Shown piece by piece: positions 17,109 to 25,641 of a stretch of DNA of 64,000 nt (the stretch's first letter is position 1; each line of letters opens with the position of its first letter). The notes beneath the pieces were generated by a model that was not told where the DNA came from, made no database searches, and saw only the letters and a program-made list of their open reading frames with translations. The DNA is from Thermoanaerobaculia bacterium (GTDB lineage Bacteria; Acidobacteriota; Thermoanaerobaculia; Multivoradales; UBA5704): assembly GCA_039918595.1 (NCBI GenBank), contig JBDSHF010000028.1, positions 5,370 through 69,369 of the forward strand. The letters run 5' to 3'. Made by a program: the position numbers and the translations under genes.

Positions 17109-17571
17109 CCCTACTACGTCCGGCTTCGGCTTCGTGGTCCTCGAAGGAAGCGAGCGCCTGGTTGATTGGGGCCTCGGGCGACTGGAAAAGCCCGAGGATA
17201 CCCTCTTCCTGAAGCGGATCGAAAAGCTTCTTGACCGCGCAGCACCGCAGCTCCTTGTCCTTGAGGACATGGAGGACTCGCGCCGCGGCAAGAGGGCTAT
17301 CGCCTGGACGCGGCTTGCACAGATGTGCGCTGCGAAGCGCGGCATCAGGGTGGAGAGAATCGGCCGCGCGGAAGTGTCAGAGCGCTTTGCTTCCTCGGGA
17401 AAGTCGAGATGGGAGGTCGGCCTTGCGATCTCGCGCTTCTTCCCGGAGCTCGCCCCGAGCCTTCCGAAGAAACGGCGTATCTGGGAGAGCGAGGACCGGC
17501 GCATGACGATCTTCACGGCCGCCTCCTTTGCCTTGACCTTCCTGCGTCGAGCGGATCGAAGTAGAGAGTAG
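17089..17571 (+). CDS. RuvC/RNase-H-like fold protein (160 aa). Possible Holliday-junction-resolvase-like protein with partly degenerate catalytic residues.
   Basis: N-terminal LAIDPTTSGFGFVVLEG resembles the RuvC iLGIDPGsr.tGyav motif. LLVLEDMED supplies the second acidic residue. The C-terminal DxxD region is not evident. The start overlaps the upstream HTH gene by 20 nt. Confidence 0.45.
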   Translation: MRTLAIDPTTSGFGFVVLEGSERLVDWGLGRLEKPEDTLFLKRIEKLLDRAAPQLLVLEDMEDSRRGKRAIAWTRLAQMCAAKRGIRVERIGRAEVSERFASSGKSRWEVGLAISRFFPELAPSLPKKRRIWESEDRRMTIFTAASFALTFLRRADRSRE

Positions 17572-17675
17572 CTAGCCTAGCGGTAGGCAAATCAACATCA
17601 TGTCTTTACGGAGAGGACACGGCACAAAGCTCCTCGGGTAACCTACCGGGGAGCTTTGGCGTACCCGACAGATAC

Positions 17676-18890
17676 GTGCGTCTTTGGAAGACGGGAGGAG
17701 ACGGGCACGATACGCCGATGCAATCCGACAACGACATCACCTATTTTGCCCGCATTAATCACCGCAACAAGGGGACGCCTTTCGGCATCCGGAGAGCCGA
17801 CCGCCGCACCCACATGTACGTCATCGGGAAGACCGGCACCGGGAAGTCAACGCTCTTGAAAACCCTCGCACTCCACGACATAGAACACGGCGAAGGGCTT
17901 GCATTGTTCGATCCGCACGGGGATCTTGCGGAGGAGATCGTATCGCTCGTGCCTGCGAACAGACGCGCGGATCTCATCTACCTCAACGTGCCGGATCGTT
18001 CCTTCGTCTGGCACTTCAACCCCTTTGCCGGCATTCCGGAAGAGAAGCACGCTCTTGCGGTGGCGGGCATGGTCGAGGTGTTCAAGAAGCTTTGGCCGGA
18101 CGAATGGGGGCCGCGTCTGGAGCATCTCCTCCGAAACGTGGTCTTCACGCTCCTCGCGGCCGGGGGCAACTTGGGCGACGTGCCCCGCCTGCTGTCTGAC
18201 AAGGATTATAGGAACGCAGCGGTGCGCCGGGTTACGAATGGGATGGTCCGGGAGTTCTGGGAGAAGGAGTATGCCGGGTACTCGCCCGCCTTCCGGGCGG
18301 TGGTGACGGCGCCACTCCAGAACAAGCTCGGAGCGTTCCTCACGGACCCCTTGCTCCACTTGATCCTTACCGGCGAGCGCAGCTCCTTCGACCTCAGGCA
18401 GCTCATGGACGGGGGGAAGATCCTCATCGTCAACCTCGCCAAGGGAAGGATCGGGGAGGGGCCGGCAACGCTCCTGGGGTCGCTCCTGGTATCGCACCTC
18501 TCCCTGGCAGCGCTTGAGCGTGCGGACCGGCCCCAGGAGGAGCGGAGGGACTTCTACCTCTACCTGGACGAATTCCACACCTTCGCCACGCTGACGCTCG
18601 CCACCATGCTCTCTGAACTCCGGAAGTACCGGCTAAACCTCATCCTGGCCCACCAGTATCTCTCCCAGTTGGAGACGGAGATCCGGGATGCGGTCTTCGG
18701 GAACGTGGGGACATTCATCGCCTTCCGGGTGGGGGCCTTGGACGCGTCGACCGTTGCCCGGGAGCTGGCGCCGAAGTTCGAGGCGGAGGATCTCCTGTCC
18801 CTGCCGAACTTCTCTGTTTACCTGCGGCTCATGATCCGGGGGGAGCCGTCCAAGCCGTTTAGTGCTGTCAGTTGTGCACCACTGTCTTGA
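17676..18890 (+). CDS. P-loop ATPase of the FtsK/HerA/VirD4 (T4SS coupling-protein-like, DUF87/TraD) superfamily; no TM segment.
   Basis: HMYVIGKTGTGKSTLLKTLALHDIEHGEGLALFDPHGD Walker A. FYLYLDEFHTFAT Walker B. RKYRLNLILAHQYLSQL. Paralog of the ATPase domain of the ORF at 25642. Confidence 0.8.
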   Translation: MRLWKTGGDGHDTPMQSDNDITYFARINHRNKGTPFGIRRADRRTHMYVIGKTGTGKSTLLKTLALHDIEHGEGLALFDPHGDLAEEIVSLVPANRRADLIYLNVPDRSFVWHFNPFAGIPEEKHALAVAGMVEVFKKLWPDEWGPRLEHLLRNVVFTLLAAGGNLGDVPRLLSDKDYRNAAVRRVTNGMVREFWEKEYAGYSPAFRAVVTAPLQNKLGAFLTDPLLHLILTGERSSFDLRQLMDGGKILIVNLAKGRIGEGPATLLGSLLVSHLSLAALERADRPQEERRDFYLYLDEFHTFATLTLATMLSELRKYRLNLILAHQYLSQLETEIRDAVFGNVGTFIAFRVGALDASTVARELAPKFEAEDLLSLPNFSVYLRLMIRGEPSKPFSAVSCAPLS

Positions 18891-18919
18891 CGCATCTGAT
18901 AAAGGCATGCGATAGTGAT

Positions 18920-19879
18920 GCCATGGCTAAACAAATCGCGGCCCGCTCTCAGGTGACGAGTCCTCACAAGCGTGATTGGCCCTTGGCTATTATTGTATTG
19001 TTCTTTGTCTTTATTTCAGGTTTCACTTTGTCAGCTCAGCCCGCAAGGAAGACTCTGTACACGAGCCAAGATGCCAAAATCGACGAACTGAAGTGTTCAT
19101 CCAAAGACAAGATTTTTCTACCTATTCTTCCGAAAAAGTCAATTTACGGAAAGGTGATCGAACCTGAAGATGTCCTACGCTCGGCGCCTCCTTCGAATCT
19201 TGCAAGTGATGCGGATGAATCTAGGAATTTAGTAGGATATTCGGGACCCTATTACAACGTGGAGGAGCTGACTGGAAATGTCGCCGTGCTCGAAAGGACT
19301 TTATATAACTGGCCGACTAATAATTGGCATGTAACAGGGTTGCTTCGAAATCAAACATGCATGGACATTCGAGTCTCGTCCATAACCGCCCACCTTATCG
19401 GGCCAAGCGGTAAGGAAGTGCGCATTGAAACTGCTACCGTTCCTATTAGTGATTTGAGACCGGGTGAGCCGGCCCCTTTTGATCTAAGTTCTCCAATCCC
19501 AAGAGAGAACGTTGAGCGCGTGGAATGGCAGATTGGATACGCAACAACGACAGAATCGCCCGTTCGGACTTTCTCATTTCTGGTATATCAGTCACGCCAG
19601 ATCACAAGTTCCTCGTACCTGCTTTTCGGCAGTATCCAGAACCTAGGGAGTTCCAGTGCGAGGGGAACTCACATTGTGGCGGCCTGGCTAGATAGTAGCG
19701 GCAGGGTTCGCTATGTAGCATCACCTCTGATTCAACTGGCGACCGGTCCATTGAGTCGAAGAAATAAAATAAATTTGGTGGGCAACGATTTTGAAGATTT
19801 CGTCTTTTCCGCTAATGATCCGCTGCTAGCATCAACGTTGAGTCAGGCAAACGTCGCAATCTGGGGTGTTGCAAATTGA
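18920..19879 (+). CDS. Membrane-anchored (N-terminal TM) periplasmic protein, low GC.
   Basis: WPLAIIVLFFVFISGFTL TM anchor. Its stop overlaps the start of the giant ORF (TTGA). Confidence 0.55.
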   Translation, partial: AMAKQIAARSQVTSPHKRDWPLAIIVLFFVFISGFTLSAQPARKTLYTSQDAKIDELKCSSKDKIFLPILPKKSIYGKVIEPEDVLRSAPPSNLASDADESRNLVGYSGPYYNVEELTGNVAVLERTLYNWPTNNWHVTGLLRNQTCMDIRVSSITAHLIGPSGKEVRIETATVPISDLRPGEPAPFDLSSPIPRENVERVEWQIGYATTTESPVRTFSFLVYQSRQITSSSYLLFGSIQNLGSSSARGTHIVAAWLDSSGRVRYVASPLIQLATGPLSRRNKINLVGNDFEDFVFSANDPLLASTLSQANVAIWGVAN

Positions 19880-22800
19880 AATATTCAGCCTGGGCCTTAT
19901 CAGTGATCGTCCTAATTCTCTCGGGAGAAGGACAAGCGGCAGCGCATGACTTTGGCAGTATACCCTATGACGATGTGGTCTACGCGGCCCAAGTCTATAA
20001 TCAATGCAGGGATACTCTCCCGACTGACAAATTGGTTGCTTACATGCTCGCGCCGACATGGCGAGAATTAACCAATGGCAATACCAATCTAACGCCATCC
20101 CCTATGACATTGGGCAGAGGGGATAACGATTTGGATCTATATCCAGATGGTCAGTCCGGCGCAACTGCTCCGCACCGTCGCGCTTTTTGGCACCCGGGTA
20201 TTGGTCTCTGGCAACTCGATGATATCGGTCTTGGAAAAGACATTAGCACAGAGAAATTCAACTCAAGAGACGCGGCTCAGGTTGCAGCTACCATAATCTC
20301 AACTCGATATTGTAAATCGCCAACAGCTGCGTATATATATGGAGGTATCTGGATTGCTTGTGGGGCGGATGGGAGTCTTTGTCAGGATATTGTCAACCAA
20401 CTCTACAACCCTAATGGCCCTCCAGCGTATACAGTTGGTCGCGACAATAGTGTTGGTCGGTACGGTGGTTCGCAGTTGCATACGTGTAAACTAGCGGGCG
20501 ACACTAGGTATTTCGATTGCCTATATGTTAAGCCTGCCAACCCAGATGGAACACGAGCCAACGCCGAGGGTACTATATCAAGTTGGATTTACCAGCCATT
20601 AGAGGGTCTTTATCCCCCCAATACACCGTCTCCGCTAACAATGCCATTTTATGTCTATCGAGAGGATGCAACTGGAGGGGGATTCGAGTGGCGATATTGG
20701 CTAGCTGCTGATACAGGCTTCGGAAAAGATTATGCTGCTAGACGAACCTATGGCGCCAACTCTCGGGCAGGTCTCCATTGGGTTTCAGATGCGTCAACCA
20801 GCTTAGCTCTCTGTGATGTTACCCTTACACGCGGTGCCTGTGGAGGTATTCCCCAGGCACCTTCGATATCCAACATAGCACAGCTATCGTACGACGGGTC
20901 GCCACTTTCAGTCGGCGCTATTACACAAGCTGGAACCGTTATACTCCGAGGTACACTTGCTGGTTCTCAGGGTCAACAAGTACGAATTGAGCTAGAGGTT
21001 CGGAGAATCTCTGACCCGTTCTTAGGTGAACCGAATTACCTTGGAAACTACGTCACCAGTGGGAGCGTAAGCAAGTGTGTCACGGGACTGCAAGACGCCA
21101 AATATCATTGGCAGGCACGAGTGAGGAGCGATAGTGGACAGTTCAGTCAATGGCTTCAGTTCGGGGGAAACTCTGAAGCCAGTCCTGATTTCGAGGTACA
21201 GGCTAATAGATGTGCTATTTGCACTGCGTCTGGCGCATCTGCTGTGGTCACAAAGTATGGCCGTATTGGAATATCCTGTGGCGTACCCCTGGCTGTAGAA
21301 CTTGCAGCGTCTGTCAACAATGGTATTACCCTGCTTAATGGTGTAAGTCTGACGGCATCGGTGAGTGGTTCGGAAACCGGCACTATAAATTACACGTTTT
21401 ATTGTAATCGTCCCGATGGAGGAATTGATGTTAGATCTGGATGGATTGCCAAGTACGATGGGATTTCGGCGAATCCGAAAACAGCATATGACGTATGTGA
21501 CTATGTTGGGCCGGGTATTTATACTGCAAAGGTGATCGCTGAGCGTGGATCAAGCGCAGCTGAATCACGGACACTCATCACCGTTTCGGCACCTTCAACG
21601 CAAACTCCTTCGGTTACAACGAGTGGCTCGGCAAATGTGACCCAAAGTAGTGCGACTCTCAGTTTATCTGTTAATCCAAACGGGTCTGATACTTCAGCCT
21701 GGTTTGATTGGGGGACGAGCACCTCCTTCTGCTGTAACACGAGTCAGCAGACAGTCGCGGCTAGTTCGGGAGCGTCACTGCTTAGTATGACCGTAGGCGC
21801 CCTTCAATGCGACACAACCTACTACTTCCGAGCCCACGCACAAAGTGTAGGCGGAGAAGCCACAGGAAGCACCTTGTCATTCCGAACGGGTGCATGTGGC
21901 AACGGCCCCCAAACCGTTCAACTTGTGCCTGATCCAGGCTTCGAGCAAGGAAACAATGCGTGGTGGGTAGCGAGCCCAGCGTTCTATATCGATCATGCTC
22001 CCACCTTCCCGAATCCGCGCAATGGAAGTTACTACGCTTTCCTTTCCACGTCCAACGGCTCGGCGGGCAACAATTTGCAGGGCGGCGTGATATCGCCCCA
22101 AGTCACCATTCCTTCAAACGCAAGCGGAGCTGAACTGCGCTTCTGGTATAGCGTTTCGACACAGGAGACGAGTACATCAATCTTTGATACCCTCAAGGCT
22201 TACCTAGTTAAGCCGGGGAATCAAGCGACACTCTTTGCAACCATCTCAAACTTGGACAATTCTGGCACAACGTATAGAGAGAAGGTTGTCGGCATTCCCT
22301 CCTCATTTTTCGGCGGCCCGGTGCAGATCTTTTTCTCTGGCGCAACAGACGGTAGCTTGCCTACCGTCTTCCGCGTAGACGATGTGACGCTTTCTGCCTT
22401 CATCCCTGCGACGGCCGGTTCGCCTGTCGTTAGCACGGGGTCTGTTGACCAAATTACCTCGTCTAGCGGACGGCTCAGCATGACTGTCAACCCCAACGGT
22501 GCCGACACTCAGGTGTGGTTTGATATAGAAACGAACAATCCGCCGAACTCTGAGACAGAGCACGTAGCTATAGGAACCGGGCAGCAGGCCGAGGGCGTTA
22601 GCATTAGTGTATTCGGCTTGCGATGCGACACGACCTACTACTATCGGGCTGATGCCGTCAATTCGTACGGATCACAGCTAGGCTCTGTGAGTTCTTTTAG
22701 AACCAGTACTTGTCCCGTTCAAGCCCCCTCAGTATCAACCACTGTTGCTGACAGTATAACGTCCACCTCTGCGCGTTTGGTTGGGAGCGTCAATCCAAAC

Positions 22801-24789
22801 GGCTTCTCAACAACGGTTTGGTTCGCTTGGGGAACCGATACGACGCTCGGAAATTCTACGCCTAGCCAGAACGTCGGCAGTGGTAATTCTTCAGTGAGCT
22901 TCGCGGCTACACTCAATAACCTTCAGTGCGGCACTACCTACTACTACCGTGCCAAGGGGCAGAACAGCGGCGGGCAGACATCCGGTGCGCTCTACAACGT
23001 AACAACTTCCCCTTGCAGCCAAATACCCGTTATAACGATAACGGCAAGCGATCCGACTGCGACTGAAAATCCCATGACTACGGGGGAGTTTCTCATCCAG
23101 CGAACAGGAGATCTTTCTAGTGCGTTATCGGTGGCATACACCGTGGGAGGAACCGCCATCGTTGGGGTAGATCACACGCTTGGAGGCGGGAGCGTGACCA
23201 TCCCCTCTGGATCAGCCTCGACTACTTTGACCGTCTTTCCGATCGACGATTCACTGGTCGAACCAGATGAGACCGTCGTTGTGACGCTTCAGCCGCAGTC
23301 CCAATATACAGTTGGTACCCCAAGCGGTGCCACTGTTACAATTACGAGTGATGATACGGGATGTGCCTTAAGTGTCATAAGGCCGCAAGGTGGAGAGGTG
23401 TGGACAAAAGGATCACCTCATACCGTTCAGTGGAGTGCGAACTCTGATTGCGTGGACTTTGCCTTTATTCTATACAGAAATGGTAACTTTGATGGCTACC
23501 TGACAGGTTCTCTGTCCGGGAGCCAATTTAGCTGGACACCTCCGGCGTGGCTCGTACCAAGTCCCGGGCTGCAGATTGATGTTGTAGGATTCAACGCTGA
23601 TGGCACTGGTGTTTCGGCGCGTTCAAACAACTTTACGCTTATCAACCCTGCGGTCCTTCCCGCAGTCATATTCCAGGACACTGTAGAGACTAACGATGAG
23701 TTCAACTACTACTCCGAAGGATGGGGAGTGACAAATTTCACCTCGCACAGCCCCACGCATTCGCGCGCGGATAGTCCTGCTTTCTACGGCAACAACACGA
23801 ACAGCTCACTTATAACACCTAAAATCGATGTTAGTAGCCGCACCTCCCTCTCTCTCAGCTTCTGGCATCGCTTTAGTCTTGCGGACTTCGACTTCGTGAA
23901 CGTCTGGGTTAAGACCGATCAAGGAGATTGGATCTTCTTGCAGGGCTTTACCGGAATCCAATCTGACTGGCGACAGGTCACAATTAACCTGAACGCTTTC
24001 CTTGGCCAACCGTCTGTTCAGGTCGCTTTTCAGATAGTATCTGATGATGCTCTGACTGCCGATGGCTGGTATATCGACGACATCGTATTGAGTGGGGCGA
24101 GTGACACTAATAAAATTTTCTCTAATGGTTTTGAGTCCGGTGATCTTTCGGCATGGTTGGTGGCGCCGCCGAGCGACGGAAGCATCGTTTCTGTTTTGGA
24201 GCAGGGTGTCCCAGGGCAACCCGGAAAGGATATTTGGACAACGAGCAACTATTCATTTGCGCCGGGCGGCAACACGCCGGGAGGTGGGTTGGACAACGAA
24301 GAGCTTGTAGTAGGAGGATGGGGCGACAATTACTACAGCCTCCTTGAGTTCAATCTCGCAGGGCTTCCAAGTCACGCATCCTCGGCAGTGCTCAAGCTCT
24401 TTTGCTACCGGACTCGTGCTACCGAAACGATTGGCATGTATGTCGAGCGTATAACCCAGATATGGGATTGGCGTACCCAAGGCACCGGCCGAGATAGGGA
24501 GAGGTTATGGTGGGCAGACCAACCGCAGTCACTCAATTGGATAGGCTTGCCGGTCACGAAGCCGACGGTAGGGCAGTGGTACTCAATCGACATCACGGAT
24601 CTCTATAACGCATGGCAGAACGGATCTGTGCCAAACTACGGCATCAAGCTCACACCGGTTGATAATGGTAACGAGTGGAGCGAGTTTTACAGCGCAAACT
24701 ACTCTGATCCGGCCTTCCGGCCTCGGCTCGTAATTCGGCCGGATCAATCTACCGTTAAACGTTCTCCTCTATCTAGGAAGCCACGGTAG
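19876..24789 (+). CDS. Giant secreted multidomain surface protein (1637 aa): signal peptide, three or more Fn3-like repeats, a Calx-beta domain, a Kre9/KNH-like Ser/Thr-rich domain, two MAM/ConA-like domains and a C-terminal DNRLRE-like domain.
   Basis: TTG start coupled to the upstream gene. Signal peptide MKYSAWALSVIVLILSGEGQAAA. Repeated VNPNG.DT..WF.WGT...TTYY(F/Y)RA units. Calx-beta segment ITASDPTATENPMTTGEFLIQRTG...DETVVVTLQP. Two ...(V/I)DD(V/I)VL motifs typical of MAM domains. C-terminal DNEELVVGGWGDNYYSLLEFNLAGLP. GC is lower than the host. Confidence 0.8.
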   Translation: MKYSAWALSVIVLILSGEGQAAAHDFGSIPYDDVVYAAQVYNQCRDTLPTDKLVAYMLAPTWRELTNGNTNLTPSPMTLGRGDNDLDLYPDGQSGATAPHRRAFWHPGIGLWQLDDIGLGKDISTEKFNSRDAAQVAATIISTRYCKSPTAAYIYGGIWIACGADGSLCQDIVNQLYNPNGPPAYTVGRDNSVGRYGGSQLHTCKLAGDTRYFDCLYVKPANPDGTRANAEGTISSWIYQPLEGLYPPNTPSPLTMPFYVYREDATGGGFEWRYWLAADTGFGKDYAARRTYGANSRAGLHWVSDASTSLALCDVTLTRGACGGIPQAPSISNIAQLSYDGSPLSVGAITQAGTVILRGTLAGSQGQQVRIELEVRRISDPFLGEPNYLGNYVTSGSVSKCVTGLQDAKYHWQARVRSDSGQFSQWLQFGGNSEASPDFEVQANRCAICTASGASAVVTKYGRIGISCGVPLAVELAASVNNGITLLNGVSLTASVSGSETGTINYTFYCNRPDGGIDVRSGWIAKYDGISANPKTAYDVCDYVGPGIYTAKVIAERGSSAAESRTLITVSAPSTQTPSVTTSGSANVTQSSATLSLSVNPNGSDTSAWFDWGTSTSFCCNTSQQTVAASSGASLLSMTVGALQCDTTYYFRAHAQSVGGEATGSTLSFRTGACGNGPQTVQLVPDPGFEQGNNAWWVASPAFYIDHAPTFPNPRNGSYYAFLSTSNGSAGNNLQGGVISPQVTIPSNASGAELRFWYSVSTQETSTSIFDTLKAYLVKPGNQATLFATISNLDNSGTTYREKVVGIPSSFFGGPVQIFFSGATDGSLPTVFRVDDVTLSAFIPATAGSPVVSTGSVDQITSSSGRLSMTVNPNGADTQVWFDIETNNPPNSETEHVAIGTGQQAEGVSISVFGLRCDTTYYYRADAVNSYGSQLGSVSSFRTSTCPVQAPSVSTTVADSITSTSARLVGSVNPNGFSTTVWFAWGTDTTLGNSTPSQNVGSGNSSVSFAATLNNLQCGTTYYYRAKGQNSGGQTSGALYNVTTSPCSQIPVITITASDPTATENPMTTGEFLIQRTGDLSSALSVAYTVGGTAIVGVDHTLGGGSVTIPSGSASTTLTVFPIDDSLVEPDETVVVTLQPQSQYTVGTPSGATVTITSDDTGCALSVIRPQGGEVWTKGSPHTVQWSANSDCVDFAFILYRNGNFDGYLTGSLSGSQFSWTPPAWLVPSPGLQIDVVGFNADGTGVSARSNNFTLINPAVLPAVIFQDTVETNDEFNYYSEGWGVTNFTSHSPTHSRADSPAFYGNNTNSSLITPKIDVSSRTSLSLSFWHRFSLADFDFVNVWVKTDQGDWIFLQGFTGIQSDWRQVTINLNAFLGQPSVQVAFQIVSDDALTADGWYIDDIVLSGASDTNKIFSNGFESGDLSAWLVAPPSDGSIVSVLEQGVPGQPGKDIWTTSNYSFAPGGNTPGGGLDNEELVVGGWGDNYYSLLEFNLAGLPSHASSAVLKLFCYRTRATETIGMYVERITQIWDWRTQGTGRDRERLWWADQPQSLNWIGLPVTKPTVGQWYSIDITDLYNAWQNGSVPNYGIKLTPVDNGNEWSEFYSANYSDPAFRPRLVIRPDQSTVKRSPLSRKPR

Positions 24790-24792
24790 GAT

Positions 24793-25635
24793 GTGCTACC
24801 TGGATTGACTGATAAGGAACGGCAAGAGTATGTTCTAAAGTCAAATCTCGATGTCGCAGAATGTAAATTCCTCTATTTGAACTCTCTCCCGGGTCTTGCT
24901 AGTCTCATTCGTACCAACCGAAGTACGGAGGATCCCCGCATGCCCCGACACTCTGACGGAGTAGTGCTGTCCAACTGGCATACCCTCTTCGAGGACTTCT
25001 CGACCTCGACCCAGGACTTCTATGCCGCTGTTGAAGCCGCGATTGCAGACCGGAACCTCCCAGACATCAAACTCTCCCGCGTCTTCTTCAGTGAGGGCGG
25101 CATCGGTTCCGCCAAGCGCGAATACCTCCGCATCGAGCGCCAGCGGATCGTCTTCGACATCTGCTCCGCGCCATACGGCAAGGGGCACTTCTTCTCCTGG
25201 TGGCTTGCCAAGATCCCAGCGAAGTATGGTCTTTTCATCGTTCTCGGTATTGCCCTCGGATGTCTTCCACTCTGTCTCATCTTCCTTGGCATCCTCTTGA
25301 AAATCTTCGAGGGCTCCCTCTTCGGCATGGTCGTCCTTCCCTTCATCTCCCTCCTCGTCATCCCGGCGATCTTCCTTCTCCTCGGTCTCGGCGTCGAGCG
25401 AGGGCTCATCGGCGACGAGGAATGGGTCCTCTCCATCCCCTGGGTCGGATACCTGTACTACGTAGTCTTCAACCCTGTCTCATACTACCGCCTCGACACC
25501 GCCATGATGTTCCGCGACTCGATACGCTCGGCCGTGAACGAGGTCTTGAACGACCTGCGGGAAGAGAAGGGCCTGCGGCTCCTCGGGGACGAGGAACTCC
25601 GGCCCGACGCCGACGAGGGAGAGGCCACGGCGTAG
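24793..25635 (+). CDS. Integral membrane protein (cytoplasmic N-terminal domain plus 2-3 TM helices).
   Basis: Hydrophobic helices LFIVLGIALGCLPLCLIFLGILL and MVVLPFISLLVIPAIFLLLGLGV. Lies 4 nt after the giant ORF. Confidence 0.6.
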   Translation: MLPGLTDKERQEYVLKSNLDVAECKFLYLNSLPGLASLIRTNRSTEDPRMPRHSDGVVLSNWHTLFEDFSTSTQDFYAAVEAAIADRNLPDIKLSRVFFSEGGIGSAKREYLRIERQRIVFDICSAPYGKGHFFSWWLAKIPAKYGLFIVLGIALGCLPLCLIFLGILLKIFEGSLFGMVVLPFISLLVIPAIFLLLGLGVERGLIGDEEWVLSIPWVGYLYYVVFNPVSYYRLDTAMMFRDSIRSAVNEVLNDLREEKGLRLLGDEELRPDADEGEATA

Positions 25636-25641
25636 CGGGGT

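Noticed and set aside
17628-17660. Hairpin between the RuvC-like gene and the ATPase gene as a terminator
   Set aside because: Imperfect stem, no U-tract, and the genes appear co-operonic. It is more likely a start-region structure.
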